Shown piece by piece: positions 13,531 to 24,533 of a stretch of DNA of 64,000 nt (the first letter of the stretch is position 1; each line of letters starts with the position of its first letter). The position numbers and the translations under genes were made by a program. The stretch comes from Tubulanus polymorphus (taxonomy: Eukaryota > Animalia > Nemertea): the NCBI RefSeq assembly GCF_964204645.1, contig NC_134025.1:20497101-20561100 (forward strand), in the 5' to 3' direction. Under the pieces are notes generated by a model, which had not been told where the DNA came from, made no database searches, and saw only the letters and a program-made list of their open reading frames with translations.

Positions 13531-13810
13531 ATTAAAACATACAAAATATATTTAATTGGATTGAATTGACCCTGGATTAAAAAACTTACTGGTAACATTT
13601 CACATTTTAATCTGTCGCCAGCGAAAAAAAGATTTTTTCTGCACAGAATTTTCGAATTTTGATTTTGCGTTGTCGTTTTCTTTTGCAACTCGTTCTAATG
13701 AACTGCAAGTTTTAGGGTAAGGAAAATAACAATCATTTTAAATTGCGTTTGAAAATTAATCTTAAAATCAATGCTTAAGCTTTAATTTGTTGTTGGTTGA
13801 GCTTGAGTTA

Positions 13811-14357
13811 TAAGAAGGCAGGTGATATTTTGCCAATGCGGCATTATTCCTGTTAACGCTATTTTGCCAATGACTCGTTGTGATTGGCTAATTGATGCGC
13901 CGTGTATGCGCACTAACGTGCGCGACTTCAAAAATTCTCATTCAAAAAATTCAATTCAAAACTTCAAAAATTTCTTCAAAAAGAAAATTCAAATAAGAAA
14001 GTGTGGAGAACAGAGTTAGAGAAAATAGGAGCATAGGTGGGATTCGAACCCGGACCAGCATATCGCTAGCTTATCCACGTCTTTCCACTAGACCACCGGG
14101 CTCACTGCAATTCAGCCGTAAGATTTCACTACATAGGCCTATAGCCTCACCTAACCCTATCCCTAGGGGTGAACGGACCCTAAACCTCATCCTAGGCCTA
14201 ACCCTAACCCTAACCCCTATTGAAACCTTAACCCAAAACCAAATATAATGATTTTATTGTTATATTTTATTCCGATTTCTTATTATATATATATATAGCC
14301 ATTGGCGAAATAGCGTTTACTAAGATAATACCGCATTGGCAAAATATCCGCTTCCTA
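13811..14357. mobile_element. Inverted-repeat element containing a tRNA-like segment and (CCCTAA)n repeats
   Basis: GATATTTTGCCAATGCGG...AACGCTATTTTGCCAATG is mirrored by CATTGGCGAAATAGCGTT...CCGCATTGGCAAAATATC. Pol III A box TGGTCTAGTGG and B box GGTTCGAATCC on minus at ~14029-14100; CCTAACCCTAACCCTAACCC at ~14197-14217. Confidence 0.7.
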
Positions 14358-15170
14358 CATTTAACTTGTTACATGGTGGGCAACCCACCAAGTTCATGGC
14401 CTAAAAGGTTAGTGAAGCTCCTGTAATTACATATAGGCCTAACCTGTTTAAACAGTCTGTGTGTGAAATGTTTCAAACATCTGAAAAGCAAAATATATGC
14501 AACAACGCTGTGACGAGGTTCTAACAAGCTGTAATGTCCTGTAACACTAGTGTGAAAACCAGGATTTAACCGACGGTTAAGAGTTTAACCAACCTTTGAG
14601 CAACGGGCCCCTGTAACATATGTGAAACCCGTGTAACTCAAAATGAAATATCTGTAACGCTGTGTAACACCCTGTAACATTGGTGTAACAGGCTGTAATG
14701 CCCTTCTCTGTAGGCCTAATAGTTTGTGAAACCCCTGTAACTCTTAGGCCTAAGTGAAATATACCGTTACAGGATGTTACATAAGTATTACATTGCATAG
14801 ATATTTCACTTTGACTTACAGGGGTATTACTGACTGTTCCAGGGTGTCCAGCTTATTAAACCTGTGTTGCAGGGTGTTACAGCTTGATACACTCACGTTA
14901 GGCCTACAGTGTGTTGCACCCGTGTGATAGGCTGTTACAGATATTTCACTTTTACAAAAGCTCTACTGCCAATGACATATTTAGCAGCATGTTCGCCCAG
15001 GCATGAATCTTGGCCAGAATGGAGTGTCCTATCAGGTTTATACAGCTCTATTCACTCATTTAGCAGGATTTCTTTACATCAGTCGTTGCTCGTACGACCT
15101 CAGTTTTTCAGTCTTCCGGTTAAAAGCATCAATAAAAGAACTCTCCCAAATTTTATAACATTTTTCAGAA

Positions 15171-18100
15171 ATGGCCACTGAATCTAAGGATCAAATTGAC
15201 GTGGCTCCTGCGCGGGCAAGAAAACCGTGGAAACCTACCAATGATGGAATTAACCTATTAGAATCCATGAATACCGATGAAGAAAATGAAGTTCAGGGTG
15301 ATCCTCCACTTGACAGTGAAGAAATTCCTCGCAATACAGAAACATTAGCCGATGATGTAAGGAACGAACCAGTTGGAGCTGGTGTAAGTTTGCTATTGAT
15401 GCAAGTCCGTTTACCTAAGCTGTTTCCACTCAATCTAGTGACAACATAGGCCTATATATTCCTACTCAAAATCAGTTGTTGGTTCTCGAGCTTCCATTAG
15501 AGACCCTTATTCTTGTGCCGGTACTGTTTGTCTCTGTCTGTTTTCCCGCTTTGTTAATAGTTGGTCGATCTTTATTAAACTTGGGTACAATTTTAGTATG
15601 GTGGTCTAGTTATATGCAGTGCAAAGAGTGGGCCCAGTGCGTCACTTAGTCTGAACACCCTAGTGATTGTACAGCCTTTAAGGCTCTGTTCAGGTCCCTA
15701 TCATCAATCTACCTATTCGTTATGCATTCTATTTGTAATTATGTTTTGATTTAATTGGATGAAATAGATTACTTACTTACTACTTAGTTGCAAAACAAGG
15801 CCTTAAAAAAACTGTTTTGCAGCGACATGACCTTGAAGATGATCTTATAACTAAGGAAGGGGGTTCAAATTCAAGAAGTTGTCTTCACAAATTTTAGCTA
15901 TAGGCCCTAGATACAACATATCCAAAATGCATCGGGAACTAATGCATGGGAATGCCTCATGCATGTACCAGTGGTGACAGATTCGAACCATAGCCCAGGA
16001 AACTGTTGTTGCCTATGACTTGTAGAGCATTAAGTTCTGTATTTTCTTAGTCATCTACTATTCAAAATTGATAATAGACCAATGACTCGTAAACAACAAC
16101 ACAACTCCATAAGGAACTTTTTGGATTCAGGACTATAATGCCTGAATGTATGGCTATGTATTGACGTTGCCTCGATTGCTTCTATTTCATAATATTGATT
16201 GATTTCAGGATCCTGGCCAAGAAGACGTACAAGGCGAAGGTTATGAGAAGGAAGAAGATACAAAATTGGGTAGGTTTACCAGGGCCGTAGCGGCTCAGTT
16301 ATTGGGTATATGATATAAAATGCCTAATATGCCGTCGAGTGATAGAAGTCTCTTAAATTCCAGACTTTTGGCCACGAGACTTATTTGGTTTGTTTATCAG
16401 GCGCTCTAAATACATCCATTGTAAAGAAAATGGAAAATCAAAATAATTTTGGCAGTTGGCAACAATGCTTATGAAAATAATGCAGCCAATTTTTTATTGA
16501 ATACCAGTATGTAAATTCCTATTTTTCCCATTTATTTATTGTAGAAACTGATGAACAATTGGATCGCGATGAACTGTTTTACAAGGCAAGGGGTTTAGAG
16601 AAATCTGGTAAACTGCAGCTGGCGTTGAAATACTACTTGAAATGTTTGAAGAGCCTTGAAAAGAATACCCCATTCTCATTTATGCCGCAGTGTCTAAATA
16701 GTGTAAGTACAGTTCTGTCTTTCTGTAGCGTTTAAACCCTTGTTATTGATGAACTCCTAGAACCCACGGTCAAAACTTTAACCGGTAAATGGTCTTGTTG
16801 GTAAAGATTGAAAGTAATCACCCAATCAGAGGCTGTGTTACAAATGCCTAGTTCCCGTTGAAATGGTTGAAAATTTTGTTATGATTCAGAAAAAATTCAA
16901 AGCAAGTTTGCTTTAGCCTCTTCATATACAAGAGATGAGTTTGAAAATTTTGATGTACATTGTACCAGACAAATGAGGTGGTAGTTATATCGATGTCATT
17001 TCTTTTTGCAGGTGGCTAATATATATTATTCACTGGAAGAATGTATCCTTTGTTTCGTCAATTTTCTCATGGCTCGGGTCTATCAAACCAGGTCCATTCT
17101 AAATTGTAGAATGGACCTTCTCTGTGCTCGTGAATAGAAACTTTGCTCTAAGTGTCTGTCAATCAGTGTCCCATCTAGCATGATCATTCATAACAATTTG
17201 AAAAGTGTGCGAACAAGCAGCACTAGTTAGGGCCGTTCCAGGTACAGGCCAAACTAGAACAGATCTACTAGCGATGTGAAAGCGGCTTAGGCTATATAGT
17301 TGAAGTTCTATACACGTGATTAATGTTAACAAAAAATAAGCATTCAACCACACTGCTAATGCGGCTTACAAGAGTTTAAGCTTACCTGGTTGTACATAGA
17401 TTGTGCTAATAGTGTTTTATTGTTGAGAAATCTTTAATGGAAGTTGTCAAGATGAGAAAGCCGTGCAGTTCATACAAGCAGAAAAGCTCTACTACGAAAC
17501 GGCCCTAATTGACTCATCTGGCATACAAAAGAAAATTGGTAAGTTCGCCGTTTTTACTGAAGTTTGTGTGTCAGTATAGCTAGGAAAAAAATTGAGGGAG
17601 AGATATAAGATAATGAATTAGCCACTCTATTCACCTTCTACAAAATAGTAAGAAGTATATTAGTATATGTAAGTATTTGACAGGCTTTTATCCCATTTAT
17701 GTATAGAATTTGCTTCTATTTTCCGAAAATTTCATTTGATCTACTGTGTAATTTGCAGGATATTTTGCTGTCATACAGGATAGTTTTGAAATTATTGGAT
17801 TATTGCTCTCTAACATTGTAAATAATAAATCCCTATGCGAAATATAAGCTCGTAATTGAAGGTGCATTTCATTTTTAGCTCCGCTGTGACCGAAGGTCAG
17901 TGGAGCTGATGGGTTAGGGGGTTCGTCGTCGTCGTTCGTCCGTCCGTCCGTCCGTCCGTCCGGTGTTCGGTGTCCGGCGTCAACTTTTTCTTTATATCCC
18001 TACTAGTCCTACAGTTCTGATGGGATCTTGATGAAACTTGGTATGAATGATCTATGGGGGAGTGCCTACAAAAGTACAGAGCCATAATTTTGATTTTGCA

Positions 18101-21100
18101 TAAATTATGCAAATTAGGGCTATTTTTAGATTTTCACTAAAATCGCTACTCCTCCATCGATTTTCAGCGGATTTCAATCAAACTTGGTATGAATGATCTA
18201 TGGGAGAGTGCCTACAAAAGTACAGAGCCATATTTTTGATTTTGCATAAATTATGCAAATTAGGGCTATTTTTAGATTTTCACTTAAATCGCTACTTCTA
18301 CTTCAGTTTTCAGTAGATATCAACCAAACTTGGTACGAATGATGTATGGGGGAGTGCCTACAAAAGTATAGAGCCATACTTTTGATTTTGCATAAATTAT
18401 GCAAATTAGGGCTATTTTTAGATTTTCACTTAAATTGCTACTTCTACTCCAGTTTTCAGTAGATTTCAACCAAACTTCATATGAATGATCTATTGGGGAG
18501 TGCCTACAAAAGTATAGAGCCATATTTTTGATTTTGCATAAATTATGCAAATTAGGCCTTTTTTAGATTTTCCTTTCAATCGCTACTCCTCCAATTTTCA
18601 GCGGATTTCAAACTTAGTATGAATGTTTTTATAGGGGATTGTCTAAACCAGTATAGAGCCATATTCTAGATTATGCATAAATTTTGCAAATTAGGGATAA
18701 TTTTTTTAGATTTTCACTTAAATCGCTACACCTTCTTCAGTTTTTATCAAATTTGAATTAAACTTTTTATGAATGATCTATGGGATGATGCCTACATAAG
18801 TATAGAGGATGTTTTGCAAATTAGTTCTATTTATAGATTTATCTTGTCTTCAAATCGCTACTATTCCTACAATTTTAATCAGATCAATTCCAAATTTGGT
18901 ATGAATGTTCTATGGACCAAGGCCTATAAAGTTACAGAGTCATTTTTTAGAATTGTCTCCCTAGGGGCGCCCTTAGGGTGGAGTTTCTATTTCTTCAAAT
19001 CGCTACTAGTCCTACAGTTTCAATCAGATCAATTCCAAATTTGGTATGAATGTTCTATGGACCAAGGCCTATAAAGTTGCAGAGCCATTTTTTTTATTCT
19101 TCCCTAAGGGGCGCCCCTTGGGGTGGAGTTTCTATTTCTTCAGATCACTACTAGTCCTATAGTTTTGATCAGATCAAGTCCAAATTTGGTATGAATGGTG
19201 TTTGGACCAATACCTACAAAGTACAGAGCCTTTTTTGGATTTGGCCAAAAGGGGGCACCCCTAGGTATGCAGCTTCTATTTCTTCAAGTCACACGCGGAG
19301 CTATATAAGCCGATAGGCTCCTTGTTTACTTCCCCTGCCAACGACAAACGCAATTAGATATAGGGGCTGAACCAATTAAATTATTGTTTTTTGTGATAAA
19401 TAGAATACAAAAGATTTTTTAGAATTAACCAATTAGAGATAGGCACGTGAACACAAGACTCGCACTATTTTGATATTGTTATGAATAGGGTATAGTAGAC
19501 CCAGTCTACTTTACCGCTGGAATTTAATACAAACGGTATACAATTATCAATTTTAGAGCACTCCTGGACCTCGGTGCTCTTGTATGAAGAAATAAAGTAT
19601 TATCGAGTGTTTTTTAGCCCACTTGGGACTTTAGTCCCAGCGGGCTATTGCGTTCACTTTTCGTCTGTCGTCCGTCCGTTCGTCCGTCCGTCCGTAGACG
19701 GAATCCAGATATTTTGGGAAGTTTTGAAGACGCTTCAAGGTAATGTCTTGATATTTGGGTTACACATGTATCTACCCTAGACACATCTTCAGCCCAAAAA
19801 CTGGCCCTGTCAGAATCAAGATGGCCGACTGGCAGCCATTGTAGTTCACCAAAATCAGCACTTTTTACACATTTTTGAACTTTTTGAGGGAAATTTTGAA
19901 GACGCTTTGATCAATTACCTTGATCTTTCGGATATATGTGAACCCCCCCCAGGGCTCATCAACATAAATTGGGTCGGTCGGACTCAAGATGGCCGTCCTA
20001 TGACCTTTTTAGTGCCCAAAAATGTTAATTTTGGCCCGAATTCTGAGTCCTGTAGCTTCCTACGGGTTTGACATTTCTCATTACAATTTGTGATGGGTAT
20101 TCTTTGGAAAGGGATGTTTTATACCTGAGACAGGTATTTTTCATCAGCCAATTATGACGCAATTGGCGGCCATCTTGATGTCAGCAGTACTCATTCGTAA
20201 GTGGGAAAAAGTTTTTCCACATTATATTGATACCTAAGCGTATTTTGCTACCACAATCAATTAGAAAGTTGTAGTTCATAACGTGTTCTATGATTGTGGT
20301 GAGTTTCAAGGTAATTGGATTTTGTATATGGCCACCAGGGGGCGTTGAATAATACAATATCTTAGCATTTCTTTATTATATTCGTATCAATGCATATTTT
20401 GTAACCACAATCAATTGGAAAGTTGTAGCTCATGACATCATCTATGATTGTTGCGAGTTTTAAGGACATAAGTTTTTCTATATGGTCACCAGGGGGCGTT
20501 GAATAGTAGAATAACTTAGTATTTCCTTATTATATTGGTACCTAGGCATATTTTGTTACCATGATCAATTGCAAAGTTGTAGTTCGTGACATATTCTATG
20601 ATTGTGGTGAGTTTCGAGGTCATTGGGTTTTGAATATGGTCACCAGGGGGCGTTGAATAGTAGAATGACTTAGTATTTCCATATTAAATTGGTAACGAGG
20701 CATATTTTGTTATCACAATCAATTACAAAATCGTAGCTGCTGACATGTTCTATGATTGTGGTGAGTTTCAAGGTCACTGGATTCTGTATATGGTCACTAG
20801 GGGGCGTTGAATATTGAATTTGTTAGATTGTTGAGCATTTGAAACCACTTCCCAAGTGGGCATGGTGTCCCTGGACCCCTAGTTGTATATGGCCACCAGA
20901 GGGCGTTGAATAATGCAATATCTTAGTATTTCTATATTATATTCGTATCAATGCATAATTTGTAACCACAATCAATTGCAAAGTTGTAGCTCATGACATC
21001 ATCTATGATTGTGGCAAGTTTTAAGGCCATTAGTTATTCTATATGGTCACCAGGGGGCGTTGAATAGTAGAATAACTTAGTATTTCCTTATTATATTGGT

Positions 21101-24100
21101 ACCTAGGCATATTTTGTTACCATGATCAATTACAAAGTTATAGTTCATGACATGTTCTATGATTGTGGTGGGTTTCAAGGTCATTGGGTTTTGAATATGG
21201 TCACCAGGGGGCGTTGAATAGTGGAATAACTTAGTATTTCCATATTAAAGTGGTAATGAGGCATATTTTGTTATCACAATCAATTACAAAATCGTAGCTG
21301 CTGACATGTTCTATGATTGTGGTGAGTTTCAAGGTCATTGGATTCTGTATATGGTCACCAGGGGGCGTTGAATATTGAAATTGTTAGATTGTTGAGCATT
21401 TGGAACCACTTCCCAAGTGGGCATGGTGTCCCCGGACCCCTAGTTTTTATCCACGACTTTTCAGAAACAGAAGCTGGCCTTCAACCCGATGATAAGGATA
21501 GCGCCGAAGATGTTGTCGGATTACATGGCGACGTTATACGAGCCGAAGAGTATGAAAACTTAGCTCGTCTGTGTCTCGAGAAAAATCAGTATGTACAACT
21601 GGGCCCGGTTCCACAGTCGTGAGTTAAGATTTGACTCCCGAGTTAAAACATTGAAAATTAACTAACTTTAACTCATAGTTAAATCTAACTCACAACTGTG
21701 GAACTGGATCCTGATTATTAATCCGTTAAAAACATAGTTCCACAGTTGTCGGTTGTATTGAAAACATCAGAACTGAACTGGAAATTTTTACGCAACATTT
21801 CAAATTTTACTGACAACTATAAAGCTTTTTTTATGAAAGTTTGTACTACTATCCGTGCATTCTGGTCAATCTCGAAAACCTCGAAAACCTCGAAAACCAA
21901 ATCTAAAAGAAGCTTGGAATTTTTTGAAGCTATTTTTTTGTAATTTTGTATCCTTTAACACGTATCTTTTTAAATTTTCAGACCTCAGTTGGCTTTGGAA
22001 TATTGTGGAAAGGTATGCAATAATATAATGAACGCATACTAGTATAATCATTTTCAGCACCTATTCTATGCATTAATAGAACCCAAACCTAGGGAAATTT
22101 TCAAGCCAACCTGAGAAATAAGGTCAATCTTCATCTATGAAACCAGGCTGCATTATGAGAGCTGTTCAATTTTAGAGTTATGTATTGAAATGATTGCTGA
22201 TTATTATCATACTAATTACACAAAATTCCTGTTTTACAGGCTACAAAACTAAGGCAGCAGATATTTGGTGAGAATCACCCCCTGACATTGAAAAGTTTAG
22301 ACTTCTTCACTGTGGTTTATGCAGAAGCTGGTAAAGAACAATACCAAGGTACAAATACTGTAGACAAAAATTCCACTGGTGTGTGTAGATTGCTCCGGTG
22401 CTTACCTGGACCCAGTTCCACAGTTCTGAGTTAGAGTTAACTCTGAGTTAAAGTTAGTTCATTTTCAATGAGTTAACTCAAGAGTTAATTCTTAACTCAC
22501 AACTGTGGAACTGGACCCTGGTAACAGCAAACTTTGGGGGAGCAGAAAATCTTATTTTTGTCATTAGTGAATCTGTTACATCTGGGTTCATTAAAATGTG
22601 GTTCAACTGTATTAATGTTACCCCATGGTAACTTCATTGTTAACCCTGTTGGAAATAACTGAAAATATAGAATACCATTAGTAAAAGTTGAATATTAAAT
22701 TGATTCTGTAATCGATTTCGAAAGTATTTGGTTTCCACTAAAAAGTCAGCTATGCCTAACAAATCTGATCCCCATCGATTATGAATATACCGGTATTAGA
22801 AATGAACTAATTTCATTTCTAGAATCAAAATTAACCCAGAGCTTTGGAACTGGTCCAGATGATTTAATGTGCCCGGCCTGGACTGAAAACCTGTTATCAA
22901 TCATTTTTGCTTGAATGCTTTCAGAATCGATGGACCAACTAAACAGTAATATGGACATGACTGCTGAATCTGAAAGTAGACCCTCTACGAGTAAAAGAAC
23001 TCCAGATAGTGAACTGCGAAAGCGGCCAGTGAATAAAGGTAAAATCATGAAGACAAGTGGAAACCTCCACCACTACTGTGGCAATTGAGGATTCTACACG
23101 TCGAGTTAGAAAGTCAAAATTTCGACTTAAAAAGAATACGGCCGCATTGCTCTTCCATATTCAATCTACCTGGTTCGCTAGTATTTACTCACTTTATTCA
23201 ATTAAATTAAATGGGGTACTGGCGCACCACTGGCCACTTTGATATCAGATATGCTTGATCAAAATGAGTTGATTCTTAATTTGATCTAGATTCTTTGCCT
23301 TCCGATCCATAAACTAGACAAATCACCATTAAAACTAAATTTCATTCATGGAAAATAAAACCGAATCCCATTTTGTCCCATTGAAACTGAGTGAACTTTT
23401 AAGTACACCAGTTATCAATGAATCCAAAATGAATACTATAACAAACACTGCTTAGAAAAACCCATCTTATATTTTTGGATGCTCATTTAAATTTGGAACC
23501 TAATAATCCAGTTCAAATAGCCGTTTGTGAGTCATGCTATCTGCTGTATCCACACCTGATTGTTTTTTCACCTATTTTCAAAGAAATGATATGTGTATTA
23601 TATTCGCTTTACATTCGTCATTTTCAGAATCTCAAATTAATGAAGATCAGATCCCTGAAGCTTCTGTCTCTACTCGAACTACAGTTAAAACGCATGGTAA
23701 TTTTCATACTAGTATATAAAAATGTACAATGACCCATCACTAACTCCGTCTCCCCCTACCTAAAACACCCCGATTGATAGTTTTCTTCCAAATTTATGAT
23801 GGGGTCAATGTTAATGCAGAAATGTGGAACTGGACCTTCATTCCATTTCACCAAACTTGAAAACAGCTCAACTCAACTTGAATTTGTTACTATGTTGTCC
23901 TTTCCACAGCTGATGTTTACCCACCCTAAATTGTTGGAGAAACTTAAAAAAACTATGAAAATGCTGTACAGTATGCTTAGTGTTTCTGCTCATAGACCTC
24001 TTGAGATTTCTTGGACAAAATTCGCATATTCCTATGATTTGTAGAACAAAAGCCCCAGCTATAAGTCAACTGGTTGAAGCCCGATAAACGTAATAATTAA

Positions 24101-24533
24101 ATAAATCATTGCTGTACAGTATGTAATGGATACATGCCTAGCCTGGGTTGCGTTGAATCATCAATTACTGAGATTTCGCAATGTTAGTTTAACAGCGCTG
24201 CCATCTTTCAATAGAGATTTTAACTAGTTTAAAGGATTATAAAGGTACACCAAAGTTGCGGGGTACATACAAGTGAATTGGTGAATCAATAATTTTGTAC
24301 AAGAACGATGTTATTTTTCTTTTGTAGAGGAACAGATCTCGATATCGTTGTTGTGGGTGTTCTTCTTCATACTTCTGTGCGTGTTGTGTATGATGGGCGT
24401 GTTCCTATCCTGTCGTATGAATCCGCACGACGAATTCTGCGCGACGGTCAAAACGAAAGCGCATTACTACTTACTGCGATTGAAATATTACTACTATCGT
24501 TACACGGACGACGTCGATAACGTAAGCGGTTGA
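15171..24533 (+). CDS. CNST: Consortin-like protein (~400 aa): acidic N-terminus, TPR-like helical region, C-terminal TM and consortin C-terminal motif
   Basis: 11 phase-consistent exons: 15171-15383, 16209-16269, 16545-16702, 17012-17042, 17452-17538, 21465-21588, 21982-22012, 22240-22348, 22925-23038, 23628-23696, 24328-24533 (1203 nt). MPQCLNSVANIYYSLEEYEKAVQFIQAEKLYYE resembles consortin LPQCLHQIA..YF..EDYEKAMKFIQLERLY (from memory). The C-terminal TM is followed by C-x7-C...YY, as in consortin. Confidence 0.85.
17043..17451 (+). other. U12-type (minor spliceosome) GT-AG intron
   Basis: Donor GTATCCTTT; branch-like TCTTTAAT at 17431-17438, ~13 nt before the AG; no polypyrimidine tract; splicing restores the conserved EEYEKA. 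Confidence 0.85.
17872..19325 (+). mobile_element. Helentron-associated non-autonomous element (HINE/DINE-1/pearl-like) with a 146-bp tandem array
   Basis: 5' TTTTAGCTCCGC subTIR plus stem-loop, (GTCC)n microsatellite, ~5 x 146-bp repeats then a second repeat type, 3' GCGGAGCTA subTIR and AGCCGATAGGCT hairpin, T-rich flanks. Confidence 0.85.
19610..21444 (+). mobile_element. Second HINE-like element with a 154-bp tandem array and a duplicated 3' end
   Basis: 5' TAGCCCACTTGGGA subTIR plus stem-loop, (GTCC)n, 154-bp units. The 3' TCCCAAGTGGGC subTIR plus hairpin occurs twice (~20850-20884 and ~21411-21444), 561 bp apart. Confidence 0.85.
21601..21710. mobile_element. Short palindromic MITE (GTTCCACAG...CTGTGGAAC family)
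   Basis: Near-palindromic ~110 bp with CTG flanks. Second full copy at ~22408-22518; half copies at ~8265, ~33661 and ~60365. Confidence 0.75.

Noticed and set aside
14029-14100. Functional tRNA gene
   Set aside because: A and B boxes are present, but the acceptor and anticodon stems do not pair convincingly and the segment is embedded in a repeat. The GGTTCGAATCC hits at ~12982 and ~32281 and the SINE-like segment at ~25380-25550 were rejected similarly.
17990-21400. Regularly spaced repeats as a CRISPR array
   Set aside because: Whole 146/154-bp units repeat with no unique spacers, there are no cas genes, and the context is a eukaryotic intron.
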